The notes below the pieces were generated by a model. It was not told the origin of the DNA. It ran no database searches and saw only the letters and a list, made by a program, of their open reading frames with translations. DNA of 62,882 bases, the filler included, from Chiloscyllium plagiosum (taxonomy: Eukaryota), in NCBI RefSeq assembly GCF_004010195.1. It is 4 parts of one record of this genome, joined end to end, with 100 filler letters (N's around TTAATTAATTAA, not from the genome) between each part and the next. Parts side by side here need not be neighbours in the genome. Positions count along the whole stretch, not along the records: positions 55,195 to 62,882 come from NC_057717.1; 3 more parts are not named here. The stretch is one strand, 5' to 3'. Each line of letters begins with the position of its first letter. Within the stretch, counting starts at the first letter, position 1. Shown here piece by piece: positions 62,500 through 62,882 of the stretch. The position numbers were made by a program, and so were the translations under genes.

Positions 62500-62882
62500 T
62501 GAACTGGAAGCAGGACGGGGACCCACATCCTGATGGGGCGAATTGTTAGAGCTGCTTGAGAGGATATAATCTAATCTGGCAGGGTGTTGCACCTTAAACG
62601 GTCATAAGGCCAGAAAGAAGGTTGAGGTTGGTGCACAAGTTAAAGACAGCAATTTCAGCAGACAAGGCAGGCAAGAACATAGCAGGAAATGGGGGAGGGG
62701 GAACTGATGATTAAACTGCATTTATTTCAATGCAAGGGGCCTGACAGCTAAGGAAAATCAACTCGGGGCATGGATTGGAACATGGGATTGGGATATTATA
62801 GTTATTACAGAAACACAGCTGAGGGAGGGACAGGACTGGCAACTCATTGTTTCAAGGTGGAGATGCTACAGGAAGCATCGAA
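62500..62882 (+). mobile_element. CR1 LINE ORF1 end and ORF2 start
   Basis: LNCIYFNARGL...WDWDIIVITETQLREGQDWQL endonuclease start. Confidence 0.85.

Overview
Repeat-rich vertebrate genomic DNA, most likely a cartilaginous fish (shark): it carries HE1-type V-SINEs, CR1 LINEs and shark-type Penelope-like elements (PLEs). The window consists of four pieces (1-23113, 23214-46954, 47055-55094, 55195-62882) joined by artificial 100-bp N44-TTAATTAATTAA-N44 spacers, and it has several other N gaps. Positions 1-47 kb hold a decayed, segmentally duplicated tRNA gene cluster of about 20 copies (His, intron-containing Arg-TCT and Ile-TAT, iMet, Leu, Val, Thr, Glu, Ser), none of which looks intact. The cluster is interspersed with a defective class I (gamma/epsilon-like) endogenous retrovirus (pro-pol-env), PLEs of three families carrying minimal hammerhead-ribozyme motifs, LTRs and CR1 fragments. 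Positions 47-55 kb contain a first coding exon of a GPR139-like GPCR, a truncated paralogous copy of it, and a Gmr1-like Gypsy element (SCAN gag, integrase directly after protease). Positions 55-63 kb are CR1/SINE/satellite sequence. No complete intact protein-coding gene is present. All alignments were done by eye against remembered consensus sequences, so boundaries are approximate. I found no convincing wholly new system; the best leads are the ribozyme-bearing PLE derivatives, the dead tRNA cluster and the duplicated GPCR first exon.
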